Source: Heteronotia binoei (lineage: Eukaryota). From it: a stretch of DNA of 64,000 nucleotides. The position numbers and the translations under genes are program-made. The notes under the pieces are model-generated. The model was given only the letters and a program-made list of their open reading frames with translations, had not been told where the DNA came from and made no database searches. Positions 23,806-36,705 of the stretch are shown piece by piece (position 1 is the stretch's first letter; each line of letters begins with the position of its first letter). Location of the stretch: the NCBI RefSeq assembly GCF_032191835.1, contig NC_083239.1, positions 20,708,001 to 20,772,000 of the forward strand. Direction: 5' to 3'.

Positions 23806-25129
23806 AAAGAAACTTGCCTTGGAGTAAACCCCACTGAATAAAATGGGACTTAGTTCCAAGTAGACTTTCTTAGGATTGCTCCCCGAGTCTCAGCTTCAGT
23901 GCTTCTAGGTTCACAACAGCCAGTGTTTCTGCCTGCCAGATCATTCCTTATCAGGAAGGCTGAGAGATCTCCTGAGCAGCTAAAATGATCTGAAGTCTAG
24001 CCATCAATATTTACTGATGGTTCCCCTCTTGCCATCAAAAGTAGGTCTGACAGCAAGAAACAGTCTTTTCTTGTTGGCATCACAAGAGGTAAGGAAAGGA
24101 AACAGTCTACTAAGTTTTCATGAAGGTTTTATAAACCTTCCTCTCTAAACTGCTTTTTAAATAGATGAGGTGTGCTAGAGTGAAAGGGAAGAATGATAAA
24201 ATGGTCATTGGAATGCTGAAAGCAAATTTTGCATGTAGTTTTAAACTCTTAGTTATTGGGCCTTGTTTGTCCCTATTGGATGTGTGCTTGATTCATGGTG
24301 CTAGCCCCTTAAGGCCAGGAATGACTTATACATCCCTCTATATAACCAGCTCACTGAGCTTTTGCTCATCTCTGGCACTGCTGTCTTCGTTCTCCATCCC
24401 TTGCTCTGCATCATTTGCACCAGCTGCTGCAACTCTCAGAGGAGTCCACAAAGTCATACACAATTGCAGCGACATTAAAAAAAACATGGCAGCCCCAACA
24501 GGAGGCAGGGCCATAGGATTGTGCATTGGATGTATGATGGCCCCACATCACTACATGGTACTTCTAACCCTTCATATCCCATTCTGAATTACAGGGAATC
24601 CACAGTCAGGCATTGGCAAATCATCTCTTTCTCTCTTGCTTTGAAAACCCTATGGGGTCACTATAAGTCGGGTGCAACTTGAGAGCACTTTCCACTAGCA
24701 AAACCATGAACACAACAGTAGAAACCATGCAGCTTCTCTTAGAGCAGATAGCTTTGTAGTAAAGCGAGCCACAACTAAGCAGATAACTTAAAGGGTCTGT
24801 TTGGGAGTTATAAACTTTCTCAAGATACAATGGTTAGAGCATCTTCCAAGAATCATGATTGCTCTATTCAGCCACCTCTCTGAATATCTTCTAGGCCACC
24901 AGTAGGGGTCAATCACCAGAGATCGACTGACTTCTAGATGCAAACACACTTGCACACAAAAATATATATACAAAATACGAAAAAAAAGAATCATGATTGC
25001 TCCAGAAATACAAGATGGGACTATGTCCTCCTGTAGCCACCTGAGCACCCATTGATGCACCTTGGTCAACTGTTCAGCTACCCATTTTTTGCAATAATCA
25101 AATTGTTCCTTTTCCATTTTCCTTTCCAG

Positions 25130-25791
25130 AGTTTATCGAGAGATTCCTTCCCAGGGAACTTCAGATTGTCAAGCGTTTGGATCACAAGAACATCATCCGC
25201 GTGTACGAGATGCTGGAATCACCTGACGGGAAAATCTACCTGGTGATGGAGTTGGCAGAAGATGGTGATGTCTTCGACTGTGTCCTGCAAGGTGGGCCCT
25301 TGCCTGAGAGCCGAGCCAAAGCCCTTTTCTGTCAGCTGGTAGAGGCAATCCGCTACTGCCACAGCTGTGGTGTGGCGCACCGTGACCTAAAGTGTGAGAA
25401 TGCCCTCTTACAGGGCTTCAACCTGAAACTGACTGACTTTGGATTTGCCAAGCTGCTCCCCAAGAACCGCAAGGAGCTGAGCCAGACGTTCTGTGGCAGC
25501 ACTGCCTACGCCGCCCCCGAGGTGTTGCAGGGTGTGCCCCATGATAGCAGGAAGGGCGACATTTGGAGCATGGGGGTGGTTCTCTATGTCATGCTCTGTG
25601 CCAACCTGCCTTTTGATGACACAGACATCCCCAAGATGCTTTGCCACCAGCAGAAGGGGGTTTCCATCCCTGGCCACTTGGGAATTTCCGAGGAATGCCA
25701 GGACCTTCTTAAAAGCCTGTTGGAACCAGACATGATCTTGAGACCTTCCATCGAAGAAGTAACTTGGCATGCATGGTTAGCAAACCCCTGA
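25130..25791 (+). CDS. TSSK3: TSSK3 coding exon 2
   Basis: Acceptor TTTTCCTTTCCAG|AG; kinase motifs HRDLKCEN, DFG, TFCGSTAYAAPE; 145+662 nt = 268 aa + stop; AATAAA at 25821-25826. Confidence 0.97.
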
Positions 25792-28700
25792 GAAGAGGAC
25801 CATGTCCACAACTCTCCCCAAATAAAAGGGGACAGGTCGTTTCCAAAACGCTCACATATATTTTAATGTTATGCTCAGTTTTGTAGTCTATCCTTACCCC
25901 AGCCTTCATTCATGCCTGGGAAAGGGGTGGGGTGGGGTGGGGAAAGGAAAGGAAAGGAAAAAAACAGATTTGTCAATCTCACCATTCCCCTCAGAGCAGG
26001 GATTCTACTCATTTGCTGTAATAGCACTGGCCTACCAGGAGAATGGGAACTTAACCCAGAGCCACCAAATGGAGAGTATTCCTCTGCAACCAAAAGGCAC
26101 ACACATCTGGCCTTCTTCCCAAGGCTGTATCTTAAAGAACATCAACAAAATTAAAAGGGAGAGTACACTGAACAACAGAAGGGTCTGACAGCCTCTTCCA
26201 CAGCTCTCCTTTACAAGCATCTTTGCAGGGAGGATTACACAGCAGGACTTGCTGGTGGTACAGAAAATATTCCCTTACTTTCCATCACATGCCCCTAAGA
26301 AGACTGCCTCCTGCCATCAGGCAAACTGATACTGGTCCATTCCAATTAGCAATGGCTCTCCCTCAGCAGGGTCTCCCAGGGAGGCAGGGAGTGGAGTCGT
26401 CTGCAGATGCCAGAACTTCCAGATCCTCTACAGCTGAGACCTAAGCAGCAGTGGAGGATTGCTCACTCCTGGCAATGTTTGCTCTTGCTCACTGAGACCC
26501 AGAGTGTGAATTCTGCAAGGAGCTGCTGAAGGAAGGAGATACTTAAAAGAAATGCCTCAAGCAGCCAGGTTGGCCCTGCATCACCCCAACTTCTTCCTCC
26601 TTTTGCTCTGAGCCTCACAGATCCTTGCCTGGACAAAAAAGCTCCTTCACTTCCAATCCTTATCCCCAGCCTGTCTCCCCTATCCCTCCCATCACTGTGA
26701 TGAGAACACACAGCATGCATTCCAGAACATCAGACAATTCCCCCCATGCGCGCGCACACACACAAACACACTTGCACAATGGATTCTGGTGGGGAGAAAA
26801 AGAAGAGACTGACTCCTGCAGTCTATTTCTGTAGAACTCCTTTAATTGCTCTTAACGGCCAGTCTGTAAAAGGTTCAGGAGAAAGTCATTATTACAAAAC
26901 TAATAGCTGTTAGAGAGTCACTTGTTTGCCCCCAGCTAGAAAACGGCCTAAGGAGATGTGGTATAATTAAAAAATAAGAGAATATTGCACAACCAAGAGA
27001 AAAGGAGTGGGGAGGGAAGACCTTAAAGGAGAATTATGAAGAAATCGGAGCCCCAGCACTTTCTTTCAGTCCCAAGTGGGCATCAGGCCTTCCACGGGAA
27101 TAGTCTTCCTGGAACTTAATTTCGCTTTAAGTTACCAAATCCTCTTCCACCATCTCTTAAAAGCAGGCTCTGCTAGGGCCCAAGCATTTCTGTTCAGATC
27201 TGTAGCTCAGCTAGGCAAACAACACAACGCAGCTGTAAGGCTTGATATGGTCCGTTCTTTGTGTATTTGCAGCAGCCCAAATGCCAAAACATTCTGCAGC
27301 CCTGCAACTGTAGCAGGTTCAAAGGCCCTGGTCTTCAAGGGGATGAAAAAACAGAGCACAGCAGGCTTTGTGATTTGCACCTCCTGCCCCAACAAACTGT
27401 GAGGTTTGATGGGTCCTAAAGACACAGCCAAAGAGCAGCTTCCCTAGCAACAGCTCTACAAACCCACATGCCTCGCATCCCCCATCCAAACTGCTGCTAT
27501 GAAACAGCACTAAATGTCTGGCTTACTCAAAAACCCTACTCTGCTCACTGTGGCCAAGTGTGCTTCAAAAGTAGGGCACTCCATCTTCCCTGAACCTGCT
27601 TCTAACTCTTGACTGCTGCATTCAGTTTTTTCCCCAAATGAGTTTGTTTCCACGCTCTGTTTCAAAACAAGAGCCTGTGAATGAGCCTCCACTTGATCAG
27701 AAGCTTCTCACTGTCTATAGCAGCTGCCGATCTGACAGCTGCTACAGCCACCAGTGAAGACTCTCCCCGGGGTTTTTTCCACCCACTCACTTGACTCCAC
27801 CAGCAGTGCCTGGCCAATTTTCAAAGCAAGAGGAGAACAAGGAAAGCCACAGTAGCTTTCTTCTTACAACAGCAGAGTGGAGGAGGTAGTCAGACACTGC
27901 TGGAGGGAGAGTGAGCAACTGAGTCAATGAGCAGCCAAAGTACCAAGGATGGCAGCAGCAGCTGTTAAGACCTGAGAGGAGTGCCAGTCACCCAGAAGCT
28001 TCTGATTATGTGAAGGCTTGGTCAAAGCCTGTAGCATGAACCCATTGTGAGTTATGAAAACCAGGCCATCTTATAACATAGTGGAAGTGTGGGGTGGGGG
28101 TGGAGGATGTGCATTTTCTCCTGTTGCTACATGGAACTGGGAGATGATGTGCTCTCTCACGCTGCTCCCATCCATTTCAGTGGAGCTGGCACAGGAGAAC
28201 TTCCTGGCAGATCGTACCCCAAGGAGATAAATCTCCAGTTTGGACCCATATTAAAGAAGTGTTTCAAACAGTGGTGCGAGTTCTTCCACGGCCCTCCTGC
28301 AAAGTGGAGGAGGGATGCATTCTTCTTCCCCATACCATTTCCTCCTCACAAAAAAGAAAGAGAAGATGTCTACAGAAAGAACGCACGGAAAGAAGAAACA
28401 GTGCCTTGGAGGCAGCGTTCGGATGGGCATATCCAGACTGACAATTTTCTGAATGGGTGTAGGACAGGTGATGCCCGGTATGGCAAAGAGTGGCCTCAGA
28501 TGGATGCCGGTGGACAGGGATCAGTGGGTGCTACCAAATGGCATCAGCACATGGGGAAGAAGAAAAGCAAGAGGTTTTGGCAAACACCAGCCCTTCAGAG
28601 CAGACCATGCCACCGAAGCAAGTCTAGCAAGGCAACCGGCCAAGAGGAACCAAGCTAATGATGTAAGCAACAGGGCCCTCCAAAGATGGAAGGCAGAACC

Positions 28701-29597
28701 CAAGGGGGATGCCTCCTGTCCAACTCCCAGTCATTTCATGGCAGCTTCTGTAGGAGACGGTTCCTGCTTCAGCGCAATATTTTTTTCAAAGTTTAAAAAG
28801 TGCTTCAAGTCCTGCAAGGGAGAAGAAAGAATGGGCCAGAAACATGGGAGGGAAACTGAGGTAGGGAAGTGCTCCAGTTCCTAGGAAAAAAGCTGAGCTG
28901 CTATGTGGGGAGGCAGATGGGGTGTGTGTGAAAAGATAGCCTGTGGCCATGCTACAGGTTCTCTCCCCTTATGATGGGTTTGTAGGTCACAGTGGGAAGG
29001 GGATTTACCCTCAAGTTTCCTCACCCCTCCCCAAACCCCCCGCCCCCCAAAAAACCTTGCTGCATTTCAGTAAAGTCACACAAAGGGGAACACTGACAGC
29101 CTACAGAGCAAGTGCTCAAGAGCTATCTTTTCTCCTATAGGTGCAATCAAACTCAGCGACACTCTCCCCCATCCCATTGTCCAGGTATTCCCCCCCCCCC
29201 CGCCCAACCACCATCACTTGACACCCACCTCAAGCCAAAAAAGAAAATAAAGAACAGAAAAACTAAAAATCCACACCAGGGCAGTTCCAAGAGTAGTTTT
29301 AGTCCAGAGGTTCCACCGGAAAGATGTGCCTAGTGCCACTTTCTACACATGCACACACCCCAGGACAATGCTCTTCAGCACCCCCTCATGCGATACCAGC
29401 CACCATCAGAATCCAAGTGTGCTGTGGTCCAAGATACCCCAACAGAGTTTTTAGCAGAGATGAGATGCATCCAGCCTGGAACACATTTACACAGGAAGAG
29501 AAACCATTTGCTTTGTGATTTAATTCACATTGGATGGTGCAGAGGAGGGGGCGGGGCAGGGGATGAGCCCAGGATGCACGGCACGGAGCAACGGCTA

Positions 29598-29630
29598 CTA
29601 CTCCCAGTTTTCCCATTCTTCATCATCCAG
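29598..29630 (-). CDS. BSDC1: BSDC1 exon 11 (last coding)
   Basis: TCACCTATAG|CTG...; encodes LDDEEWENWE*, matching the BSDC1 C-terminus. Confidence 0.9.
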   Translation of the reverse strand: MDDEEWENWE

Positions 29631-30004
29631 CTATAGGTGAGGAGAGAGAAAGCACAGGAAGATGGTGTTAGATAGTGTGCCCGAGAAGGACAACATTTCC
29701 CCAGCATTGACAGTGACTTCATAAAAGGCTGAAGTGGATTATAAACTGCCAAAGAATTGTTAGTACCCCGCTTCGGTGGGGTAGGGCGGGATATAAATCG
29801 AATGAAATAAATAAAATAAATAAATAAAATAAAAATAGTACATCGGTCAGTTAAAAGGCAAATGTTCGAATGCCATTGATACGTTTGACTATGTCAACCT
29901 GAATTTAAGTGCATCTTTTTAAAATATTCAAAACCAAGAACCACAATACAAAAGGACATTTTTCAGGCGGATAGTGGTATTAGTCTATAGAGCAAAACAG
30001 AACT

Positions 30005-30150
30005 TCAAGCCCAATGGCACCTTAAAAACCAACAAAGTTTTCTGGGATACAGCTTTTGTGATTCATAGTTCACTTTGCCAGGTCTGACCCTGGAAGCTTA
30101 GACTCTAGAAAACTGTCTTGCTCTTTGAGGTGCTACTAGACTCAAATATA
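30005..30150. mobile_element. Degenerate fold-back Penelope-like remnant
   Basis: TGGCACCTTAAAAACCAACAAAGTTTT arm and its diverged reverse complement; same family as 51150-51609. Confidence 0.55.
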
Positions 30151-31189
30151 GAAAGAAAACAACAGCCTTCTCAGTGAAGAGTTCTTAATTCACTAACCAT
30201 CTGACCGTGAACAAACTAAATTTAAAATCACATTACACATCTCCAACCAAAACAAACTACTGGCACTATTTTGTAGATAACTGAAGAAAGCACAACAAAA
30301 CTTAAAATACAGCAAAAGAAAGCTACCACTGAAGAAGAAAATGCCAGATTTAAATTTCATTTCTGTTCCTCACCACAGTAACACAAGAGAACCAAAACAA
30401 TTTTGGAACAGAAGCACTCTTTTTTATCTTCAGCTTTGCCAAATTTGGCCTCCCTGATAAATCAGTGGAAGCTTATTTAAACTGAACTGAAATATGCATG
30501 ATGCTCATTTGACCACCAATGGATGGAGAAATGAAACCAAGTCACCCCCAAACCAAGTAAACAAACTCCAAGTCACCTAAATTTCAACACACACGCCACG
30601 TCCCATCTTTTTATTTTTAAAAGTCTTTTAAGAGAAGGACCTTCTTTTGTCTCAAGTGATTTACAGCCTCCAAGGCTCTCTTCCTATCAGAAGAGGGACT
30701 GCAGCTGTCAATGCAGTCCAGTGAAGGGGTTGGAATGTTTACTGGATAAACGCCATCATGGCTTTTCCCCTGGACTTGTGAATATGGCTGAGGCAGAGAG
30801 GAACAAAGAAAGGAGATGTCTAGAAAGAGAGCCAATTGTTTTGTATCTGTTCATAGGGGTGTGCACACGCACACACAAAAATGCTATTTTGGGGGGTATA
30901 TTGAGCCCAAAACATATTGGTATTTCATGATATTTCTGGTATGGTATTGGGATTCAGGAAACATTCAGGATTGCTGAATTTTTTCAGTTCCATTTATAGT
31001 CAATCAATCTGGAGGTATCTGGGGCTCTGGCAGGGGGGCTCCTCAAAACCCCTCCAAGTTACAAAAAAATTGGACCAAGGTGGCCCCATCCTCCACTCTT
31101 AAAGGGACATAGTCCCTTTAAATGCCTTCTCCAAGCCGCAACACAACTCCACACAAGTGAAGTCCAAAGGCATTTAAAGAGACCATAGT

Positions 31190-31523
31190 TATTTATTTAT
31201 TTATTATTAGTTTATTTATATTCCATCCATTCCCCCATGAGGGCTCAGAGTGGAGTACATCATAGTAAAAACGAAATCACAATAAAATCACAGTAACATC
31301 ACAACAAAAACCAGTTACAGTATTTAATAAAAGTACAACAGGATGGTCCAGCAAGATGGTATAGCAGAATGGTACAGCAGAACAGCACAGTAAGGGAGGC
31401 CAACCAATCTAATAGATAGATACCCACCGCCTCATCCAAAAGCCTGGCGGAACAGCTCCGTTTTATAGGCCCTACGAAATTCTAACATGTCAGGTAGGGC
31501 CCAGATCTCCATAGGGAGCTAAT
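31190..31523 (-). mobile_element. Older L2 LINE, 3' piece, split by the younger L2
   Basis: Minus strand encodes LPMEIWALPDMLEFRRAYKTELFRQAFG* plus an L2 tail; continues at 34771. Confidence 0.75.
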
Positions 31524-34500
31524 AACTTATTATTTATGGTTATTTTTTGGGTCTTAAATTGATTTAAAATTTGATTGAATGACTTTATTTAGACCTAAGG
31601 GATTATTTATCCACTAAATTGAGATAAGATAGTTGACCAATTAATTAGAAATTGAGAGTGGGGGGAGGGGGTGAACTAAAATAACATTTAAAAAAAATTA
31701 TTTATATATATATTCTTTTTTTTTCTCTTTAATTGGCTGAGATGATTAGTAGTGGTTAGAAAATTTTTAGGTACAGTGGGTGAAAGAACAGAATACGTTT
31801 GTGTAGCTGTTGATTCAAGATAGTGACCCAGACTTCGGAAGATCTTTGATAAATGATGTCGGGCCAGGGGATTCCAGTGCTCCTGGGGAGGGGAAAGTAC
31901 ACCGGTGGGAGCAGGCAGAGTGTGAATGGAAGGAGTTCGAGACACAAGAGGGCTCGCTCCCCTTCCAGCCTGTGTCCCATCCCAAGGATGGCAAGTGGGA
32001 GGGCCAAGTGGAGATACTCGCTTCCGTCCCTGGTAATGTGCAGTGCCAGGTTCATAAATAATAAAACCTCAGTCCTGCAAGATTTTTTCATCAGGCAGGA
32101 CATGGACCTGGCTTGCGTGATGGAAACCTGGGTGCGGGAGGGGGAGAGAGTTGCTCTCTCCCAAGTGGCCCTGCCTGGGTTCTCCATCCTTCACCAGGCC
32201 CGGACTAGCGGGCGCGGGGGAGGGGTGGCCTTTTTCATACGGGAGGATTGCTCCTTCAGGATACTTCCGCCGCCAGAGATCAAGGGCGTCGAGTGTGTGG
32301 GCCTGGTGTAAGACGTTGGGGAAAGTTTGGCAATCTGGCTGGTGTACCGTCCGCCTAACGCACCGGCCAGTGCCCTACCATCCCTGATGGAGGCTGTAGC
32401 AGGCTGGGCATTGGAGCACCCTCGACTTATAGTCCTGGGTGACTTCAATGTCCATGCTGAGGACGCAGCTTCCACTCGTGCGACGGACCTGGTGCTTTCC
32501 ATGGCAGCACTAGGACTTTCCCAATATGTAACAGCGCCCACACATCAGGCTGGGCACACACTAGACCTGATCTTTGCGGCGGGAGTAGTAGTGGGTCAGA
32601 TATCTGCCGAGGCAGTGCCATGGTCTGACCACCAGGCCCTGAAGGCCCGTGTGGACATGCCACCCCTGTCCCGTTTAGGCGGTGAGCAGATTTTGGCTCG
32701 CCCGCATAGTCAGATGGACCCGTTGCGGCTTCAAATGGCTATACGGGATCCCTGGCCCTCCAGCAACTCGTTGGATGAGCTAGTGGAGACCTGGAATGAC
32801 CGGCTCTCCGAGGCCATCGATGAAATAGCTCCCCGACGTCCTCTTCATCCTTGATCATGATCCGCTCCGTGGTATACCCTGGAGTTGCGATCAATGAAGC
32901 GACGATTAAGACGACTAGAGAGACAATGGCGCCACGCTCGTGACGAAGCTACGAGAACATCATATAGGTCATTTATGCAGACCTATGAGATGGCTGTTCG
33001 GATTGCAAAGAAGGATCACTTTGCGTCCAGAATCGCATCTGCGACCTCGCGCCCAGCACAATTGTTTAGTATAATTCGGTCATTAACAGAACTGCCGCAG
33101 GGCAAACAAAACATTAGAGAATTGGAAATAGGCTGTGAGGCTTTTGCGAGCTTTTTCGCAGATAAGGTCTCGTCGCTCCGACACGACTTACCTGCCATAA
33201 TTAATACAGTAGAGGAACTTGGGGCACTGAGCACGTCTTCTGGTCCAATTCTGGACTCTTTCAGTCCACTCAGTCTGGAGGAAGTCGACAGGATCCTTGC
33301 AGCTGTGCGCCCTACGACCTGTAGGTTGGACCCGTGCCCATCTTGGCTTAAAAAGGCTAGCCAAACGTGGCTGCATGAACCACTACAGGGCATTATCAAC
33401 AGGTCCCTGACTGAAGGGATCTTTCCCACACCTCTTAAAGAGGCAGTGGTCCGCCCCCTCTTAAAAAAAACCGTCAGCAGACCCGGCCATATTGGCGAAC
33501 TATCGGCCGGTGTCAAACCTTCCCTTTTTGGGTAAGGTCATAGAGCGGGCGGTGGCAACTCAGCTGCAGGGATTCCTGGAGGACACTTCCGCACTGGATC
33601 CATTCCAGTCCGGCTTCCGGCCAGGTCACGGGACGGAGACAGTTCTGGTCGCTCTCATAGATGACCTCATGCGACATCTGGATCAGGGCGGCTCTGCGGT
33701 GCTGTTATTAGATCTGTCAGCCGCTTTTGACACGGTTGACCATCAGCTACTGACTAGCCGCCTTGCCGATGTGGGGATTCAGGGATCTGCCTTACAGTGG
33801 CTGACCTCCTTTCTCCAAGATCGGGGACAAAGGGTGGTGATAGGGGAGGAAGCATCCCAGAGGCACTCTCTTAGTTGTGGGGTGCCACAGGGAGTGGTCC
33901 TATCCCCGATGCTATTTAATATCTATATGCGCCCCCTTGCCCAGATTGTCAGGAGGTACGGACTGGGTTGCCATCAATATGCGGATGACTGTTAGAGCTG
34001 CCTTTTTTCATCTTCGGCAGGCGCGGCAGCTGGCCCCTTACCTGGAGCGCAACGACTTAACGACGGTAATCCATGCTACGGTCACCTCAAGAATAGATCA
34101 CTGTAATGCTCTCTACATGGGGCTACCCTCGATGCTAACCCTAGTGCAGAATGCTGCGGCACGGCTGTTAATGGGGCTGCTGCAATGGGAGCACATTCAG
34201 CCAGTGCTGAGGGAGCTGCACTGGTTGCCTGTTGTGTTCCGAGTTCGCTTCAAGGTGTTGGTATTAACCTTTAAAGCCCTTTATGGTCAGGGACCTGCCT
34301 ATCTATGGGACCTCCTTTCCCCATATATCCCCCAGAGAGCACTGCAATCAGGGACAAAAAATCTGTTGTCTGCCCCTGGCCCAAAAGAAGCCAGGCTGTG
34401 TGTGACGAGATCCAGGGCTTTTTCAATGGCAGCACCAGAACTTTGGAACACCCTCCTAGAAGCCATAAGGGCCCTGCGGGATTTGTCTGCATTCCGCAGG

Positions 34501-34770
34501 GCCTGTAAGACAGAACTGTTTAAACAGGCCTTTGCTGTTTGACTGAAAAAGGGCTGCCACCGGACATCTTATAGAATGCTGGCGATCACAGTCGAGAATT
34601 CAATACCGCCTATACTGTACTGAAATAGCACTATAGAATGGTTTTAAAATTGATATAAGTAAATTATGGTTTTATATGTTTTATTGGATTGATTGTATTT
34701 TATGATGTTGTAAGCCACCCTGAGTCCGCTTGCGGAGAGGGCGGGATATAAATTGAAAGTAATAAATATA
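31524..34770 (+). mobile_element. L2 LINE with near-complete but disrupted ORF2 (APE endonuclease + RT), in BSDC1 intron 10
   Basis: APE motifs (DLACVMETW, GRGGGVA, YRPP, LGDFNVH, THQAGHTLDLIF, SDH) and RT motifs. Stops at 32309 and 32852, a frameshift near the A8 run at ~33465 and a 272-nt deletion at 33989/33990. Roughly 95% identical to copy 1 by manual count over ~500 nt; TAAT repeated at both junctions. Confidence 0.92.
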
Positions 34771-35235
34771 TAATTCCACCAGATCGTGGTCCTGGTAGAG
34801 GCAAGACAGGCACCTCTTGGGCCGGGGACGGTTAAAAGATTTCAGGAGGCCGAACAAAGAACCTCTGAGGGAAGAGACGGTTCTGAAGGTATGTTGGTCC
34901 CAGGCCATGCAAGGCTTTAAAAGTCAGAACTAACACCTTGAAGTGGACCTGGTACTCTACAGGCAGCCAGTGCAGGCCGTGGAGCACTGGCCATATCCTC
35001 ACCAATACAGGTGATGCAGTCAGCAGGCGAGCTGCTGCACCCACTGCAATTTCCAGATCCGTTTCAAGGGCAAGCCAGTGTAGAGCGAGTTACAGTAATC
35101 CAACCTGGAAGTGACCATTGCATGGGTCACTGTGGCCAGGTCTTGGGAGAATAGGTATGATGCTAGTTGCCTGATCTGCCATAGATGGTAAAAGGCAGAC
35201 CCAGTAGTCGCCATGACCTGGGCCTCCATAGAGTC
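34771..35235 (-). mobile_element. Older L2 LINE, upstream piece
   Basis: Degenerate MEAQV...AFYHLWQIRQLASYL...VTSRLDYCNSLY and LHWLPVEYQVHFKVLVLTFKALHGLGPTYL; joins the 31190-31523 piece across TAAT. Confidence 0.8.
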
Positions 35236-35657
35236 CATTTAAATGCCTGAGAGTTCACTCCGAAGGCATTTAAATGGACTGAGAGCCCTTTAAATGCCCT
35301 GGAACTGTGGCTATCCAGCAGCCCCAAAAAATCCCAAATATTTTCAGGTTTTTTCAGAGCAGCCATTTTTGGATAGCTGAATCAGTCCCCTTGGTGATCA
35401 GCTGAGAAAATACCTGATTTTGGCTTGGTTTATACCTATCCGGTCTCCATTCTAGGAAGAGGCACATTCAGCATAGGCAACAATAAACATTCAGGTTTCA
35501 AATAGCAACCAGAGTTTTTGCCAGGGAGGACAGAATCTGCATCCCAAAAGCATTCAGGGCTTGCTTCCAGATGCCTGGCTGAATAAAGAAAATCACCAAG
35601 AGATTTCAGAGAGCTTTCTATAGCCAGGCTAGGCCACAAGCTATTGCAAACACTGAC

Positions 35658-35761
35658 CTCCTCTGAGATATCCACCTTGGAGAGTGCCAGCTGCACCTCC
35701 TCCTCGGTCATGTCCAAGTCAAAGTCCTTTTCCCAGTCCTCGCTGACATCTGTGCTGGAGC
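35658..35761 (-). CDS. BSDC1: BSDC1 exon 10
   Basis: TTGTTTTAG|GC; (G)SSTDVSEDWEKDFDLDMTEEEVQLALSKVDISEE|GTCAGT; 104 nt. Confidence 0.93.
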
Positions 35762-36705
35762 CTAAAACAAAAGGGAGCAGAGGGGTACTCTTGGTGACTC
35801 TGAAGCCCTGAACAGAAGCCCTGGGACCACACCAACCCCTGCCAAGCGCACCCCAACCCCAAGCAAGGAGTGGCCCTCGCCCAAAGAGAGGTGGTCATCA
35901 CTACCACAGTTGTAATCTTTCAACTGCCTAAGTGCTGGACTGCAAGCACGTAGTCACATGGACAGGCTCAAGTGGCTGCAACCAGCATTGAGCAAGCGAG
36001 AGCAGCTGCTGAAACAACCCTCAGAGGATGGGCGGTCACAAGCAGCCCCACAGGAATCTGCCCCTCCTTTCCACTTCCTCCAGGGACAGACCTAGGGCCC
36101 TTTTCAGGACAGCTTTTGCTGCCCAATCTGCTCCTGACCTCTGAATGCAGGGCATCAGTGACAAGGCTATAGGAAAGGGGGTGGGGGCACACTGCCTAAC
36201 AGCTGATTGCCTTGGCTGCTGCCCTAAATTCCCTGGCCCCTGCTATGACTTGAAAGGACAGAGAAGCAAACCATAGCGATGCTATAGCAGGTAGGAGGCA
36301 CAAGTAGCTGCAGGCAATTGCCTCTGCATCAAGCAACAGCAGCTGCTGCCACAACCCTGAAAGGATAGGCAGTACAGAGCAGGCCACCCCACAGCACAGG
36401 GTCTGAGTGTAGCTACATTGCCCCTGAAAAAGAAAGTTGCTTGGGGAGGGATTCTCCTGAAACACCTTCCCCATCATGTAACATAAAGAGCCTCTAAAAT
36501 ATACAACACAAAAACAATTTCTACTGTCAGGGCTGTGTAGATTTCCACACACTCACACCTACACTACATAAATATGGAATGTGTGTATTCCAGTGATGAG
36601 AGAATGAGGACAAATATGCACACAAAGTGATCATATGCAACCCCCACACCTACAGGGACAGAACTATAAACCTGGGTTGCTTGCTGTACTATTTCTGAAA
36701 CTCAC

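Noticed and set aside
28089-28884. 189-aa and 143-aa plus-strand ORFs antisense to the BSDC1 3' UTR
   Set aside because: GTG starts, no recognisable motifs and no exon structure; the pattern follows from UTR composition.
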